Origin: Candidatus Acidiferrales bacterium
GTDB taxonomy: Bacteria; Acidobacteriota; Terriglobia; Acidiferrales; UBA7541
Length of the DNA: 64,000 nt
Direction of reading: 5' to 3'
NCBI GenBank assembly: GCA_963795535.1
Contig: CAWCIG010000001.1
Coordinates: 209,420 to 273,419 of the forward strand
Shown: in pieces, positions 61,623 through 64,000 of the stretch
Layout: each line of letters begins with the position of its first letter
How positions within the stretch are numbered: the stretch's first letter is position 1
Notes under the pieces: model-generated
Databases searched by the model: none
What the model saw: only the letters and a program-made list of their open reading frames with translations
What the model was told of the DNA's origin: nothing
Made by a program: the position numbers and the translations under genes

Positions 61623-61640
61623 GTTGCGTATGCGTTGCAC
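61623..61640 (+). promoter_or_regulatory. third heptamer pair GTTGCGT-N4-GTTGCAC, outside the repeat-bounded element
   Basis: TGCGTTGCACATT (61631-61643) is identical to 61421-61433. The pair begins 57 nt after the attR core, mirroring pair 1 relative to attL. A further GTTGCGA lies at 61587-61593. Confidence 0.35.
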
Positions 61641-62094
61641 ATTGACGATTTCCCCGAAAAATCAGACCCTCACGGGACCAACTCACTCTCCATTTTTTCG
61701 GCCGCCAGATCGAGCGCGGCGACAGTTGAAGAATACTTCCCGAATCAGTCCCGTGATGGGCGCCAGGCGCATCTTGTCAATCTTTTTCCGAGACTTGAAA
61801 TTGCTCGCGCTCAGTTCCGTCAACCTCATCAAGAGTACAGTGGCGCGATACTATAACTCGGCTGGACAGGGTTGACTGATGGGTCGCAGCAGCACGGGTC
61901 GCCTCAGGAAATTAGCGAAGCGAGACGTTGGAAAATATTCTATATTGTTCCACAAGTAAAACGTCTAAAATGCAACGCTCAAGCACCAGATCCGCCCCTA
62001 GCGTAGCGATCAGTCATGCCACGGTAATCTCCAACCCCACTGATATATATTCGTCCTCGGCAGCGTAATAGATGTAGGGCTGATCGGAGGCAAC

Positions 62095-63177
62095 ATGCCA
62101 GCGCAAACCCAAATTTCAGCCGCGGATGCGATAAACCCTGCCTTTCAACACGCAAAGAAGCAGCTGTTTGAACCGTTCCGCTTTGCCCAATGGGCGCGCC
62201 TGGCTTTCGTCGGACTTCTGGCCGGCGAGATGGGTTCCGGCGGCGGATGCCACTCTGGTTTTCATCCGGGCCCGATCCATCACCATGGCGGAGCAGCGCC
62301 GTTTGGCTCTGGCTTCCCTTGGCACTTCGCGCATCATGCTGCGCTGCCCGCTGGAATGATCGCATTTCTGCTGGTGTCTGGATTTGCCCTGTTTCTGCTT
62401 TTCACCTACATCAACAGCGTGATGCGCTTCATCCTGTTCGACAGCATCGTTTCCAAACAATGCCACATCCGCCAAGGATGGGTCCGCAACACGGGTCGCG
62501 GCCTCCGTCTGTTTGTCTGGCAGCTGTTGTTGACGCTGGCAGCCTTCTCGGCTTTCTTCGTCCTTATCGGGGTTCCAGTCGCAGGTGCCTGGTCCGCCGG
62601 TTGGTTCTCGAATCCCCGTGAACACGTGCTGTCCCTTGTGCTCGGCGGCGTGGGACTGTTCCTGCTCCTCGTCGTCTTCGTGGCGCTGTTGGCCGTCGTC
62701 CATGTAATGACCAAAGATTTCGTCGTTCCGCAAATGGCGTTGGAGAACATCAGCGCCATCGAGGGTTGGCAAAGGTTATTGTCGTGGCTCAAAGCGGAGA
62801 AACTTAGCTATGCCGGCTACATCGGAATGAAAATTGTGATGGCTATGGGCGCCGGTATCGCCATCGGCATCGTCGCGCTATTCGTGCTCTTGATGCTGCT
62901 TGTCCCTGTTGGCGGCATGGGGGTGATAGCTGTCCTCGCCGCCAAAGCAGCTGGCCTAACCTGGAATTTCCAAACCATCGCGCTGGCTGTGATTGCGGGT
63001 TTTATTGCCCTTCTGCTCCTCATGCTTGCAATTTCACTCATCGCGGTACCCGCCATCGTATTTTTCCCCGCATACTCCATTTATTTCCTGGCGCCGCGCT
63101 ACGCGCCTTTGGCGTCGCTCCTGTGGCCCCAATCGGCCTCATCGTCACCTCAGTCGCTGCCTCTATCGCCTGCATGA
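62095..63177 (+). CDS. hypothetical polytopic membrane protein with His/Gly-rich loop
   Basis: 360 aa with at least 6 TM segments. It has a soluble loop, GEMGSGGGCHSGFHPGPIHHHGGAAPFGSGFPWHFAHHAA. No family recognised. Confidence 0.65.
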   Translation: MPAQTQISAADAINPAFQHAKKQLFEPFRFAQWARLAFVGLLAGEMGSGGGCHSGFHPGPIHHHGGAAPFGSGFPWHFAHHAALPAGMIAFLLVSGFALFLLFTYINSVMRFILFDSIVSKQCHIRQGWVRNTGRGLRLFVWQLLLTLAAFSAFFVLIGVPVAGAWSAGWFSNPREHVLSLVLGGVGLFLLLVVFVALLAVVHVMTKDFVVPQMALENISAIEGWQRLLSWLKAEKLSYAGYIGMKIVMAMGAGIAIGIVALFVLLMLLVPVGGMGVIAVLAAKAAGLTWNFQTIALAVIAGFIALLLLMLAISLIAVPAIVFFPAYSIYFLAPRYAPLASLLWPQSASSSPQSLPLSPA

Positions 63178-63582
63178 GCGAATTGCAGGTGAGCCGGAAG
63201 AACATGACTACTTTGTCTCCCCTCCCGACTGTTTTGCCCGCTGCAACAACTCATCGAACCGAATCTTCGCTTTGCGAGCGGCGGAATCATGGTCAGCCGA
63301 CCAACCAATCTCCCGCTCCCTCCACTCGTTCAATTCTCAGGGGCTGCACAATTCCGCAATCTTGCGAATCAGATCATCGGCTTCCTGTCCATAAACTCTG
63401 GCTTTGTGAACCAATATATCCGTAAGCGGATGGTCACTCGTTTTCCATTCGGCATTAGTGCCAACGATTTGCTCCCATGGCGCCGAAACCGCCGTCAACA
63501 GAACGATGTTGAATTACAGGTGATCGTTCAAGGTATACTTCCGCAGCTTGTATCATTACTCCGACGTCCAGGTGAACAAAAA

Positions 63583-64000
63583 ATGATCGCTCCCCAGCAA
63601 AATCCTCCCGCACACATGCGCATACTTCAGCTCCTTAATGGGGCACACGTCGCGGGCGCTGTCTCCTGCCTCGCGCAACTCGGTATCCCGGACCTTGTCG
63701 CCGCCGCTCCCAAATCTGCGGACGAGCTGGCCAGCCAGATTGGCGCTGATCCGCAAGCCCTCTACCGGCTGATGCGCGCTGCCGCTAGCGTTGGAGTGCT
63801 TTGCGAAGGGCCCGACGGCAAATTTTCGCAAACGCCTATGTCCGCTGTTCTGGGCAGCAGTGCCACTCCCAGCCTGCGCGCCTTTGCCACCATGACCGGC
63901 AGGGACTGGCACGGGCGCGGCTGGTCTCACTTGGAATATTGTGTGCGAACCGGCAAGCAGGCGCTTGACCACATTTACGGCACGCATATTTTCGAATATC
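63583..64000 (+). CDS. O-methyltransferase family 2-like protein, 3' end cut by window edge
   Basis: Not in the track because there is no stop in the window. Own translation from ATG 63583 gives MIAPQQNPPAHMRILQLLNGAHVAGAVSCLAQLGIPDLVAAAPKSADELASQIGADPQALYRLMRAAASVGVL... This is a winged-helix dimerisation domain typical of plant-type/bacterial OMTs. Confidence 0.7.
   Translation, partial: MIAPQQNPPAHMRILQLLNGAHVAGAVSCLAQLGIPDLVAAAPKSADELASQIGADPQALYRLMRAAASVGVLCEGPDGKFSQTPMSAVLGSSATPSLRAFATMTGRDWHGRGWSHLEYCVRTGKQALDHIYGTHIFEY

Noticed and set aside
58406-61640. CRISPR-like or tandem-repeat array formed by the GTTGCAC repeats.
   Set aside because: The units are only 7 bp, occur in pairs at three separate sites, have no uniform spacers and no cas genes are nearby. 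They are better explained as protein-binding sites.
61588-62365. Track ORFs 61588..61875 (+), 61635..61856 (+) and 61979..62365 (-).
   Set aside because: They are Arg/Ser-rich and mutually overlapping, with no motifs. One overlaps the start of the better-supported 62095..63177 membrane protein gene. The region is treated as non-coding.
63208-63513. Minus-strand open frame of 102 codons with an internal in-frame TGA at 63337-63339 (..AEWKTSDHPLTDILVHKARVYGQEADDLIRKIAELCSP*ELNEWREREIGWSADHDSAARKAKIRFDELLQRAKQ..).
   Set aside because: It is coding-like on both sides of the TGA, which hints at another small pseudogene. However, there is no ATG start (only TTG/CTG candidates), no recognised family, and both halves are below the track cutoff. 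That is not enough to call a feature.

Overview
GC-rich, gene-dense bacterial chromosomal segment. The proteins look acidobacterial (Terriglobia/Koribacter-like), but that is an impression only and cannot be verified here. About 90% of the window is coding.

Left to right:
- An AAA+/vWA pair, purA, and a molybdenum-cofactor cluster (moeA-moaC-response regulator-mog-like), then proC.
- A + strand complex I cluster, nuoA-C-D-H-J-K-L-M-N. It runs without a terminator into atpZ-atpI-atpB-atpE.
- A Crp/Fnr regulator and a decayed PAS-kinase-receiver gene.
- A second, convergent complex I cluster on the - strand, nuoA-C-D-EF(fused)-G-H-J-K-L-M-N.
- thiS, ribA, a LytS-type kinase, and a thiol/redox-flavoured gene group (GbsR-type regulator, DCC oxidoreductase, SRPBCC membrane protein, SDRs, bshA).
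- holB-tmk, yggS, an OYE reductase, an M24 peptidase and a type IV pilin.
- tRNA-Thr(CGU) carrying a ~3.2 kb decayed integrative element. The element is bounded by a perfect 49-bp repeat and holds an IS3-family insertion inside an integrase remnant.

No rRNA, CRISPR array or recognisable defence system was seen.

Most unusual points:
1. Both nuo clusters lack nuoB and nuoI. Cluster 1 also lacks nuoEFG and is translationally overlapped with F-type ATPase membrane-sector genes.
2. NuoD1 lacks a conserved ~26-residue segment.
3. The tRNA-Thr island has paired GTTGCAC heptamers at arm-site-like positions.
4. A hybrid sensor kinase carries four independent inactivating lesions.

I cannot tell from sequence alone whether any of these is truly undescribed. 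Several coordinates differ from the ORF track because N-terminal over-extensions were trimmed. Two edge-truncated genes absent from the track were added.
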